Shown in pieces: positions 8,541 through 16,746 of a stretch of DNA of 32,425 bases. The stretch is from a virus. Its lineage: Duplodnaviria > Caudoviricetes. The notes under the pieces are model-generated. The model had not been told where the DNA came from and did no database searches. It was given only the letters and a program-made list of their open reading frames with translations. The translations under genes were made by a program, and so were the position numbers. Position 1 is the stretch's first letter; each line of letters opens with the position of its first letter. The DNA lies in the IMG/VR virus record IMGVR_UViG_3300048606_000044, positions 1 to 32,425 of that record, one strand, 5' to 3'.

Positions 8541-9800
8541 ATGGCCGTCACTCCGACGACCATGACTGAACTCAATGACCTCGCGAAGGATTTCTATAGC
8601 GATGTCTACGTTCAGCTCATGAATACCGAAACACCGCTGAAGAACCAGCTCGCGCGCTTGGAAGGTGCAACCTTCACGGGCCGTAAGTGGATCTTCGGTG
8701 TGAAGACCGCAGTTGGTGGAGGCGCGTCGAACGCTGGCGCAAACAAGACTCTCCCTGCTGCCGACGAAGGGAAGTACGATCAGGGCGAAGCGACCGTTGT
8801 CCGGACCTATGTCCGTATGGCGCTCGACGGACTCGCGATTGAAGTCACGAAGAAGCAGCAGGGTTCGTACCGCCCGGCAGTCGCCGAAGTCATGGCCGAC
8901 CGTCTCTCGGCGATCGATCTCGAAGTGAACCGTCAGATGTTCTGCAACTCCGACGGTAAGCTGTGCAATATTGCTGGCGGTGGCGCTGCATCGGCCACGC
9001 AGTCGGTGCAGACCGATTACGGCGTTGCCAACGGCGGTCCGGGCGCCAAGCACATCTACGAGGGCGACCAGCTCGCGCTCTACGATACCGGTGGATCCCT
9101 CATCGGCCGCAAGACGGTGGCGTCAGTCGATCAGTCGGCCAACACGGTGACGCTCGATTCCTCGATCACCTCGACGGCGAACACGAACTACTTCTCGAAG
9201 TCGACCGCTGACGACGACAACAAGACTGCCGGCGAAGCCGGTGGACTTCTGGCGTCGGTCAAGGCGTCAGTCACCTTCGAGACGATTCCGGCGACGGGTC
9301 GTTGGAAGGCGACTGTCGATTCCAACTCGGGTACGCTTCGCGACGTCAGCGATTCGCTCGTGATGAAGATGCTGGCAACGATCCGCGAGAAGAGCCGCAA
9401 GGTTCCGGGGCTCGTCGTTACCTCGCCGGGCATCCAGCTCAAGTACTCGGAAATCTTCCTGCCGATCCGCCGGATCGACGGGCAGGACGCGCAGCTCAAG
9501 GGCGGCTACAAGCCGATCTCGAGCATCGTGCATGGCGGTGGAAGCATCCCCGTCATCGCCGATTCGGATGCGCCAGAGTCGCGTATGTGGTTCCTCAACA
9601 CCGAGGCGTTCCGCATGGCCGACCTGGTCGGAACTGAGTTCGCCGATCTCGATGGCGGGCAGTTCATAAGAGTTACAGATAAAGATGCAATCGAAGGTTA
9701 CGTGCGTAAATACTGGCAGCTAATCACTGTCCAGCGTAACGCAAATGGTGTCATAGAGGATTTAAATACAATTGACACTATAAACAGGACTGCCGCGTAG
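8541..9800 (+). CDS. Major capsid protein (probable HK97 fold)
   Basis: 419 aa after the scaffold; strong codon bias; patterns LAKDFYSD, DLEVNRQMFCNSDG, IPVIADSDAP..RMWFLN and RNANGVIEDL; GGAG upstream. Confidence 0.85.
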   Translation: MAVTPTTMTELNDLAKDFYSDVYVQLMNTETPLKNQLARLEGATFTGRKWIFGVKTAVGGGASNAGANKTLPAADEGKYDQGEATVVRTYVRMALDGLAIEVTKKQQGSYRPAVAEVMADRLSAIDLEVNRQMFCNSDGKLCNIAGGGAASATQSVQTDYGVANGGPGAKHIYEGDQLALYDTGGSLIGRKTVASVDQSANTVTLDSSITSTANTNYFSKSTADDDNKTAGEAGGLLASVKASVTFETIPATGRWKATVDSNSGTLRDVSDSLVMKMLATIREKSRKVPGLVVTSPGIQLKYSEIFLPIRRIDGQDAQLKGGYKPISSIVHGGGSIPVIADSDAPESRMWFLNTEAFRMADLVGTEFADLDGGQFIRVTDKDAIEGYVRKYWQLITVQRNANGVIEDLNTIDTINRTAA

Positions 9801-9811
9801 TCGCGGCCCTG

Positions 9812-9847
9812 TCACTGAGGGTGGGGAGGTTCCCTGCCCTCATGTGA
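9812..9847 (+). terminator. Stem-loop after the capsid gene (no U-tract; attenuator or mRNA stabiliser)
   Basis: tcac-tgagggtgggga / tccctgccctca-t-gtga form a 12-bp stem (two G-U pairs) plus a 4-bp extension. Confidence 0.55.
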
Positions 9848-9874
9848 TGGGACTCAACCTACTCGGGGAACAAT

Positions 9875-10432
9875 ATGAGCACTACGGCACAAACGCCGCT
9901 GCAGACGCAGGCAGACAACTCGGACGTGGAGTACGTGAGGCAGTCGTTCAACCGAATGGTTGCGCTCGTCGACTCCATGAACAACCGGGTGTTGGCTTCG
10001 GCCGCGGTGGCAACAGGTACTACGACCTCGAAGGTGAAGACGGTCACGAACCCGACCCCATTCATCGTCGACGGAGCAATTCTTTCAAAGGCGGCAACCG
10101 ACGATTTCTGGACACTGACGGGCGCGACGTTCGCGGCCGGGCTCTCGAACAAGTGGCTGCTTCTCGTCGACTCTGCGGGTGCGGCCTCGGTCGCAATTGG
10201 TACACCGGCAGCCACGTTGGCGGCTGTGGTACTGCCAGCGATACCGGCTTCGAAGGCGGTGTTCGGCGTGCTCAACGTCGTCAACGTCACGAACCCGTTC
10301 ATTCCCGGCACGACGCTCTTAGGAGCAGCCGGTGTGACGGCAACCTACACCCAGGGAAACGATCCCCTGTACGTGTCGGGTTCGACGGTGGTTTCGCCGG
10401 TGTCACCGTACCTCGTTTCATCGCACAAGTAG
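9875..10432 (+). CDS. Putative capsid decoration/cement protein
   Basis: A/T/V/G-rich protein directly after the capsid gene; ends with FIPGTTLLGAAGVTATY. Confidence 0.55.
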   Translation: MSTTAQTPLQTQADNSDVEYVRQSFNRMVALVDSMNNRVLASAAVATGTTTSKVKTVTNPTPFIVDGAILSKAATDDFWTLTGATFAAGLSNKWLLLVDSAGAASVAIGTPAATLAAVVLPAIPASKAVFGVLNVVNVTNPFIPGTTLLGAAGVTATYTQGNDPLYVSGSTVVSPVSPYLVSSHK

Positions 10433-10900
10433 ATGCGCGAGCCACCTGTCGAGTTCGTGCAGCGTCTCAAGCTCCTTTGCGGGAGCGACTGGGATTGTCG
10501 GTGGAACATCGAAGTCGGTCGTTGGGAATTTCTCTCGACGTCGGCGGGTGGTATGCGCGTGTCGCAGTTCTGGGGATGGTTCAAGAATCCTCTGACTGGC
10601 GCGAAGATAGAGCCTGACCCGGTGACGGGTCTGGTTCCCTTCCGCGACCTGGACGTTACCGCACAGGTGGAAGTCCTCAAGAACCTCGAAGAGTCTTTCA
10701 TCGGCAACCGCCACGACGGGGCGAAAGATTGGGAGACGTGGTCGAGGGACAGGATCGTTTACAACAAACGGCTGGACGTGGCGAAGCGTAGAACGCGCGC
10801 CGAGAACTATGCCACGACCCTAGCCGAGGTCGATCTGCGGCGCCCGTGGGTCAAGTACCACCCGCGCTCGAAGAAACCTTTCTACTCACACATCTCATGA
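10433..10900 (+). CDS. Hypothetical phage protein (Trp-rich)
   Basis: ATG abuts the upstream TAG; ATGA overlap downstream. Confidence 0.7.
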   Translation: MREPPVEFVQRLKLLCGSDWDCRWNIEVGRWEFLSTSAGGMRVSQFWGWFKNPLTGAKIEPDPVTGLVPFRDLDVTAQVEVLKNLEESFIGNRHDGAKDWETWSRDRIVYNKRLDVAKRRTRAENYATTLAEVDLRRPWVKYHPRSKKPFYSHIS

Positions 10901-11103
10901 TTACGCTCAACCGTTTCGATTGGAACACGGGCAAGGATGTCCCGCACAAGGCGAACGACGAAGCGGTCGAAGCCTTTGTCAACTTCTTCCTCAACTCGAA
11001 AGCCTGGCACGAGGACATCGAGCTCGTACATAAGAAGGTGCGGAAGCTCCGCGCCGACGGCTTCGGTGAAGAGCGGACGAAGAAGCCCAAGCCGACGAGT
11101 TAG
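10897..11103 (+). CDS. Hypothetical protein, 68 aa (MITLNRFDWNTG...)
   Basis: ATGA overlap at 10897 and TAGTG overlap at the 3' end. Confidence 0.65.
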   Translation: MITLNRFDWNTGKDVPHKANDEAVEAFVNFFLNSKAWHEDIELVHKKVRKLRADGFGEERTKKPKPTS

Positions 11104-11720
11104 TGCCTTCACTCTCGACGCTTCGGAGCTGGACACTCGTTTATCTCGGCACAGTTTCTACTGATAGAGCGTTCCCGGTCGACACGCTCAATATGGTCAT
11201 CAACAACGCGGTCAACACGTTGCTCGATGACATCAACGAGCAGAACCCCGGCTGGCTCGAGCTGATTACTACGCTTTTGGCGACGCTGTTCGACGGACAC
11301 GGGTACCGACTGCCCACCGATTTCTCGAAGTACTCGGAAGTGCGACTCGACGACAAGAACGGCGCGGTGCTCACAGAGATTAGGTCGGACGAACTGAATT
11401 CGACAGGTGGCTACGTCTTCGCGCTGACTGGCCCTGACGGCAACGGCGTGCTCATGACCGGCGACACAGTCTCCGCGTCGACCCCGCTGTATCTGAAATA
11501 TCGGGCGTGGCCCGACGTCCTCGCTGATGGAAGCGACCAACCGGATATGATACCGGTCAAGTACCACGACGTCATCGCCCTGTACGCAGCCGAAGAAGCG
11601 ATGGGCTTGGGCGGCGAGGGCGCGCTGCCACTTACGCTTGTGGAACGAAAGCAAGATCGCCACGCACAACTGATGATGCACGTCTCGCGTCGCGGCACCG
11701 AAGTAACGAGCACCCGATAA
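11103..11720 (+). CDS. Head-tail adaptor / tail tubular protein A-like
   Basis: Pattern TL..LR....L...INNA...Y-LP-DF...Y...P..L....D.P-IP-KYHDVIALYAA typical of adaptor proteins; position fits. Confidence 0.7.
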   Translation: MPSLSTLRSWTLVYLGTVSTDRAFPVDTLNMVINNAVNTLLDDINEQNPGWLELITTLLATLFDGHGYRLPTDFSKYSEVRLDDKNGAVLTEIRSDELNSTGGYVFALTGPDGNGVLMTGDTVSASTPLYLKYRAWPDVLADGSDQPDMIPVKYHDVIALYAAEEAMGLGGEGALPLTLVERKQDRHAQLMMHVSRRGTEVTSTR

Positions 11721-11748
11721 TGCGCCACACTAACCTTTTGAGTAACGA

Positions 11749-12165
11749 ATGACCAACGACGAAACACAACGCGGCCTTCTCGGTCTTCACGACTGGCTCC
11801 GTATCACGAAAGTCCCGGCTGGCGCGCCGCGCGAGCTTATTGGTGCGCGATTGATCGACGCTGGCGCTCTGCCTGTTGCTGGTGCATACGAGTGCGAGTT
11901 CCGCTGTGACGGACTCTCGAAGCTCGAGGCGCGCCTGATCGCGACTTATGCATCTGGCTCCTCGACTACGTCGGGTGGGTCGACGTTCGCTGACCGCACG
12001 ACTGCCCTGACGGCGTGGACGGGTGTTGGCGCGATGACGTCGACGGTAGAGCAAACCCTGACGATCGCTGCACTCAAGGGCGAGAAGTGGGCGAAGGTCA
12101 TCATCACGACCGTCGGCGTGCTCGTAAACTTTTCGAAGGCCGAAGTCTTCGGTCCGAGGGTCTAG
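11749..12165 (+). CDS. Hypothetical virion protein (beta-rich)
   Basis: 138-aa ORF between adaptor and nozzle with genome-typical codon use. Confidence 0.6.
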   Translation: MTNDETQRGLLGLHDWLRITKVPAGAPRELIGARLIDAGALPVAGAYECEFRCDGLSKLEARLIATYASGSSTTSGGSTFADRTTALTAWTGVGAMTSTVEQTLTIAALKGEKWAKVIITTVGVLVNFSKAEVFGPRV

Positions 12166-12166
12166 T

Positions 12167-13885
12167 CTGACCAGGCTTGCGAGCCCCAGCAAGAACCGTG
12201 TTGAGGGTTACGTAGGCGGGATAAATGAAGATGCACCACCGGCGGCGGCGAAGTCGTCCGGTGGTGTGGGTACCGTTGATCAAGCGCAGAACCTCTTTGC
12301 GACGGGCACGGGCAAACTGGCCGTGCGCGGTGGATCGCAGGTCAAGCGAACGTTGACCGCATCGAGTGTTCAATACCTTCGGCCATTCACGCCGGTTGGC
12401 GCTATTGCCGTAGGGGCCGACAACAGTGGTCCCTCTCACTTCGTTTGGCGTCTCACGTCGGACCTGGCGTTCTTCACGGGCGTAGAGGCCACGAGTAAGC
12501 ACAACATTTCATGGAACAAGATCACACCCGCGCGACCATTGGGCGCAGAGTTGTTCGAGAAAATGTTTCTCTGCGATGCGACGGTTGATTACTCCATTCG
12601 GTCGGGCCTTGTCTGCATCGATTCTGCCGGGGCTAAAACCGACGTCTCGTTCGATCTGGGGGGCGGGGCGGAACAGCTCAAGCCCTACGTCTGCGAGGAG
12701 TACAACAATCATCTCTTCGTCGCGGGCTACGAGAACAAGACACTAAGTCTCGATGCTCCCGCAACGCTTCGGCACTCGTACCTCGGTGTATCGCCCGAGG
12801 CGGCCGGGGGGTTCGACCCTCTCGCCTACAATTACATCGGCGCGAAGGGCCAGCGGATCACAGGACTCAAGAAAGGCCGCGGTCTGTTGCTCGTCGCAAA
12901 GGCGAACGAACTGCACCGTGTCTCTGGCTACGGGATCGCTAAGCCTGGCTGGACGTTCGCGGTCGAGCCGGTCGAGAGCACGCAGGGCATGGGTGTCGCC
13001 AACCCGTACGCGCTCTGCTACGCTGGTGGTGAGGAAAAGGGTTACTGGTACGGCATCGGCGAGAGCGGGCCGTTCAGGTCGGACGGGTTCTCGGCTGAAT
13101 CGCTGGTGAGTGTTCGTCGGCGCTCGTGGAAGAAGATCACGAATCTCGCGTACTCGTGGGTTCAGTACCACCCTGATCGTGACTGCGTGCTCTTCGGGTT
13201 CAACCAGACGCCCGCACCCGTGGGTCGGAGCGCCACGTATCCGACGATCATGTGGGTCTGGGACTGCCAGCGTGAGGTCTGGATGACCGACATCACGATG
13301 TCGGCCGACGTGATGTACGCGCACGCGATTCCTACCGGGACTGTTCTGGGGCCAACTGCGATTCCTTCGGGACTCGCCTTCGCACACGGATCCGCGACCC
13401 TGACGACCGTAGCCGCCTCGTGGGTAAACGGTGACGCGACGGCCGATACGCAACTCTGGCTGCGCGACATCACGCATGGTGGACCGTTCCTTCTTTGGGC
13501 GACTGCGGTGCCGGGCGCGACGACAGCAACGCTTGGGAGTCTCGCTGCTGGTGTCAACTACTCGGTCCAGATTCGCCACGTCAAGTCGTCTGTTGCCTCG
13601 GGTTATACCGCCGAAGTATCTGCGTACACGCTCCTGCCCGCTCCGGTCCTCACGTACAACACCTTCTACGGTTACCTCGAGTCGGCGGTTGCGATTGGGC
13701 ATGGAACAGTAAGGTTCGAGAATACTGGGGTCGAGTACGATGTGACGACGGTCACGGCACCCGGTACGTACATCGCCCACGGCGCGCCGGGGACTCACGT
13801 CTACCGCTCGCGCTGCATCGACGTGGCGTGGCCCGCGGCTATTCAGAACTCGCAATACAGCAATAACGTGCTGGTGACCATTTGA
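12167..13885 (+). CDS. Tail nozzle / DNA stabilisation protein (beta-propeller) with C-terminal FN3-like extension; start probably CTG 12167
   Basis: N-terminal GYVGGINEDAPP...QAQNLF...LAVRGG; propeller blades YNNHLFVAG, ITGLKKGRGLLLVAK and MWVWDCQREVW; then ASW..G...LAAGVNYSVQIRH. Confidence 0.7.
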   Translation: MTRLASPSKNRVEGYVGGINEDAPPAAAKSSGGVGTVDQAQNLFATGTGKLAVRGGSQVKRTLTASSVQYLRPFTPVGAIAVGADNSGPSHFVWRLTSDLAFFTGVEATSKHNISWNKITPARPLGAELFEKMFLCDATVDYSIRSGLVCIDSAGAKTDVSFDLGGGAEQLKPYVCEEYNNHLFVAGYENKTLSLDAPATLRHSYLGVSPEAAGGFDPLAYNYIGAKGQRITGLKKGRGLLLVAKANELHRVSGYGIAKPGWTFAVEPVESTQGMGVANPYALCYAGGEEKGYWYGIGESGPFRSDGFSAESLVSVRRRSWKKITNLAYSWVQYHPDRDCVLFGFNQTPAPVGRSATYPTIMWVWDCQREVWMTDITMSADVMYAHAIPTGTVLGPTAIPSGLAFAHGSATLTTVAASWVNGDATADTQLWLRDITHGGPFLLWATAVPGATTATLGSLAAGVNYSVQIRHVKSSVASGYTAEVSAYTLLPAPVLTYNTFYGYLESAVAIGHGTVRFENTGVEYDVTTVTAPGTYIAHGAPGTHVYRSRCIDVAWPAAIQNSQYSNNVLVTI

Positions 13886-14298
13886 TTCCCCTCTACGTTG
13901 TGAACGCTACTGGCGTGACCCTGCTGTCGCTGGACGATCCGGCTGTCGACAAGGATCAGGGCAACGACTTCACCGCGTCGTTCACCACGGTTGCCGTGAC
14001 GCCACAGCCGCCCGAGGGCGAGTCGAAGCTGCGCCGCATCGTTCAGAACGTAGCGATCACGACCAGCGCGACGGTCAAGGTAACGCCGATAGTCGATAGT
14101 GTAGAGTCGCCAAATGATGTTCAGACGTTCGTGCTGTCATCGATAGTAGACGGCGCGAGTCCGACAATCGAAGCGAGGCCAGCAAATCAGGGTTCGCGGT
14201 TCCAGGTGAGGACGGAAGTGACCGAGCACGTCGGCAACTGCGAGCTCGGCGAGGCCGAGCAGTGGACGGTGCCGAAACTGTCGTCGAGGATGAATTGA
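13882..14298 (+). CDS. Stand-alone C-terminal-like domain of a nozzle/stabilisation protein
   Basis: LLSLDD...DQGNDFTASFTT...KLRRI...GSRFQVR resembles the distal domain of P22 gp10-like proteins; TTGA overlap. Confidence 0.55.
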   Translation: MIPLYVVNATGVTLLSLDDPAVDKDQGNDFTASFTTVAVTPQPPEGESKLRRIVQNVAITTSATVKVTPIVDSVESPNDVQTFVLSSIVDGASPTIEARPANQGSRFQVRTEVTEHVGNCELGEAEQWTVPKLSSRMN

Positions 14299-14777
14299 GT
14301 CGGCAACAGCCTGTCATCGAAATCACCCAAAGGTTCGACCAGAAAGACGAGCGACTGCGACAGTTCGCCGACTTGGTTCAGAAGACGAGCGGGAAATTGA
14401 CACCCATCCTCGACGTGACGCTACAGCACTCGAACGCGGGACTGGTGGTCGCCGCCGGCGCCACGGTAACAGTCGAGGGCACGCATTCGAGTCTCGACTT
14501 CCTCGACGCGAACATCGACTCGGCCCGGCTCATCGTGCGCGGGAAGACGGCAGCCGCGGGTCCGATCACTCTCCAGTTGTACGACGTAACGAATGGGGTC
14601 GTGTTGGCGACGGTAACGGTGGCTGTGGCTCTTGCGACGAGCGTTGGCGCGTGGACGTCGGTCGCTTCGGTCGCGGGTGAGCGCGTCGTTGCGCTACGGG
14701 TGGTCGGCGACGGCGCCAATGCACAAACGATTTATTCATGTCACGGACAATTCTACTCTCAACGGTTTATCTCATGA
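14295..14777 (+). CDS. Tail-associated protein (N-terminal helix plus beta domain)
   Basis: TTGA overlap at 14295; ERLRQFADLVQK helix followed by V/T/A-rich strands. Confidence 0.6.
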   Translation: MSRQQPVIEITQRFDQKDERLRQFADLVQKTSGKLTPILDVTLQHSNAGLVVAAGATVTVEGTHSSLDFLDANIDSARLIVRGKTAAAGPITLQLYDVTNGVVLATVTVAVALATSVGAWTSVASVAGERVVALRVVGDGANAQTIYSCHGQFYSQRFIS

Positions 14778-15337
14778 GCGGTGGCTTCGGAATGGGCATT
14801 GTGCCCGCACAGGTTGGCGCTGCACTACAGGCGCCGACGTCAGACTACCACCAGGATCCGCTCCCGCTGAGGAGCGATCCGCCTCGCGAGCACGTCCCGC
14901 GTCCGATCGACCCGAACGTCGAGCACTCGGATACGGCTACCCGGCTCGCGCTGGGCGAGGCCATGACCCGGATGGAGGGGGCGCGCATTGGCGAGAACCA
15001 GCGTCCGAAATCGCCGCTGGCAATCGAACAGATGAAGCGGGCCGGACTGTCTGACGCTGAGATCGCGATACTCTCGAGCGCAACGATGGCAACGGCACAG
15101 CGTGACGCGACTGGTGGGATTGTAGCATCTGGCCCCGCTGGCTATCGGCCTGGTGAGGTTGAGGGACTGAAAAGCACGGCGAGCTATTGGGATGGTGTGA
15201 CTGGCACGTCAGAGCCTCCGGGGCGGTACTACGCGGGCGAGCAGGCCGATAAGGCGCGCGCCCAGATGCCGGATGCCGCGCGCCGCAAGGCTGCGGCCGA
15301 CCGCGTGAAGATTGGTCTCGGTCTGAGGAATCGCTGA
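14774..15337 (+). CDS. Hypothetical, probable internal virion protein
   Basis: ATGA overlap at 14774 and TGATG overlap downstream; A/G/P-rich. Confidence 0.6.
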   Translation: MSGGFGMGIVPAQVGAALQAPTSDYHQDPLPLRSDPPREHVPRPIDPNVEHSDTATRLALGEAMTRMEGARIGENQRPKSPLAIEQMKRAGLSDAEIAILSSATMATAQRDATGGIVASGPAGYRPGEVEGLKSTASYWDGVTGTSEPPGRYYAGEQADKARAQMPDAARRKAAADRVKIGLGLRNR

Positions 15338-15888
15338 TGTCTGAATTCAACTCAAGGATGTCGCAACTCAAGACACGTGCAGCGCAGGCGCGCGGCGGTT
15401 CGATGCGGTCGAGCGGAAAACAGCCGAACGCAGGCGTCAACCCCGTGCCGAACTTCGCAGCAGGGATCGCACCCGGCCCGCACGGCGGCGAGGTATTCGA
15501 TCGATCGAATGAAAACTCGGCCGTCAACTTCTACCAGAACGCTGCGCGCGAGGGCGTCACCGCAATCGGCGAAGGGCTCGCGTTCGATTTCCGTCGCGAG
15601 CTGGGTTCTTACCTGGGCGGCCTCAACTCGACGGGTGCTCTCAGGAGTGGTGCAGTCGAGAGCGGCGCCGATGACATTATGCGTACCTACGCCGACCGTG
15701 TCGGTAGCGCGGCATCGCAGGCAACGCTCGGCGCTATCGGGTTCGGCGCAGGAACCGTGTCGGAAGAACTCGCCCGCCAGGGCGCGGCAGCCGATCGGAA
15801 GCAGGCGAACAAGTCGAGCATCATGTCCGGCGTCGGCGGTCTGTTGGGTGCTGGTATCGGCGCCTTCACCGGTAGAGGAAAGAAGTAG
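15337..15888 (+). CDS. Putative ejection/pilot protein
   Basis: G/A-rich with LNSTGALRSG and C-terminal glycine-zipper SGVGGLLGAGIGAF. Confidence 0.65.
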   Translation: MSEFNSRMSQLKTRAAQARGGSMRSSGKQPNAGVNPVPNFAAGIAPGPHGGEVFDRSNENSAVNFYQNAAREGVTAIGEGLAFDFRRELGSYLGGLNSTGALRSGAVESGADDIMRTYADRVGSAASQATLGAIGFGAGTVSEELARQGAAADRKQANKSSIMSGVGGLLGAGIGAFTGRGKK

Positions 15889-16746
15889 ATGCCTCAGTAT
15901 CCTCCCAGTTCGTTTGAAGCATTGGTCGGCAGTTTCCTCAAAAGCTACAGCGCAGTAAAGGGCATTCAGCATGACGCGGCCGAGCAGAAGATTCGTCAGC
16001 GCCAGGCCGATCGCGCCGACCAGATGCAGCGCATCCAGATGGACGAGGCGGGCTACGACGAGATCGCAATGCCCACAATCGAAGCGCCACCCGGTCAGAG
16101 CTTCGCGCAGAAGGTCGGACGGTTTCTGTCCGGTGGTCCGGAGCAGCCGGGGCCAATCGTGATGAAGACCCACCAGTCGCAGCGTGAGCGTGAGATACAG
16201 GACGCGGGCGCGGCACACACGGCCGACCGCGAAGACACGCAGGCGTATGGCCTCGAGCTCGAAGCGCTGCGGGCAAAGAACGACCGCGAGAGAACGGCCA
16301 TGAACAACCGCACCCAGATTCAGGTCGCGGGGATGCAGAAGCAGCCGAACGCACAGGACGCAACGAAGAACGATCTGGCTATCAAGCATCAGGTCATTAA
16401 CGACGCGATCGACGCGACGAGCGGTCGTGCGCAGGAAGCGTACGACCAGCTCCCGGCCGACGTGAAGCGTAAGTATCGGATCGGTGCCAACGATATGAAC
16501 GCTGGAGTCGAGCGGTGGCGCAACTCACGCGCTATGCTGGCTCGCGAGGGGATTCAGTCGCGCGAAGACATCGCTGGTAAGAAGGGGTCGAACAAGGAAC
16601 TGTTCAGACAGCGTCTGCTTGGCTCGGGAACCGGAGCGCCGGCGGGCGACCCTGTGGCCGAACAGAGAGCCGACTGGGATGCTGCTGCCGCTGCTGCGAA
16701 GCAACAGGGCAAGGATCCTGTGCAACTCCTCGGACCGCGTCCGTAG
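15889..16746 (+). CDS. Putative ejection protein (coiled coil)
   Basis: Q/A/R/E-rich helical protein between the pilot-like and giant virion genes. Confidence 0.65.
   Translation: MPQYPPSSFEALVGSFLKSYSAVKGIQHDAAEQKIRQRQADRADQMQRIQMDEAGYDEIAMPTIEAPPGQSFAQKVGRFLSGGPEQPGPIVMKTHQSQREREIQDAGAAHTADREDTQAYGLELEALRAKNDRERTAMNNRTQIQVAGMQKQPNAQDATKNDLAIKHQVINDAIDATSGRAQEAYDQLPADVKRKYRIGANDMNAGVERWRNSRAMLAREGIQSREDIAGKKGSNKELFRQRLLGSGTGAPAGDPVAEQRADWDAAAAAAKQQGKDPVQLLGPRP

Noticed and set aside
9761-9767. Slippery heptamer T TTA AAT near the capsid 3' end, suggesting a -1 frameshift fusion to the next gene
   Set aside because: The -1 frame stops at TGA 9773-9775 and again at 9845-9847, so no fusion with 9875 is possible.
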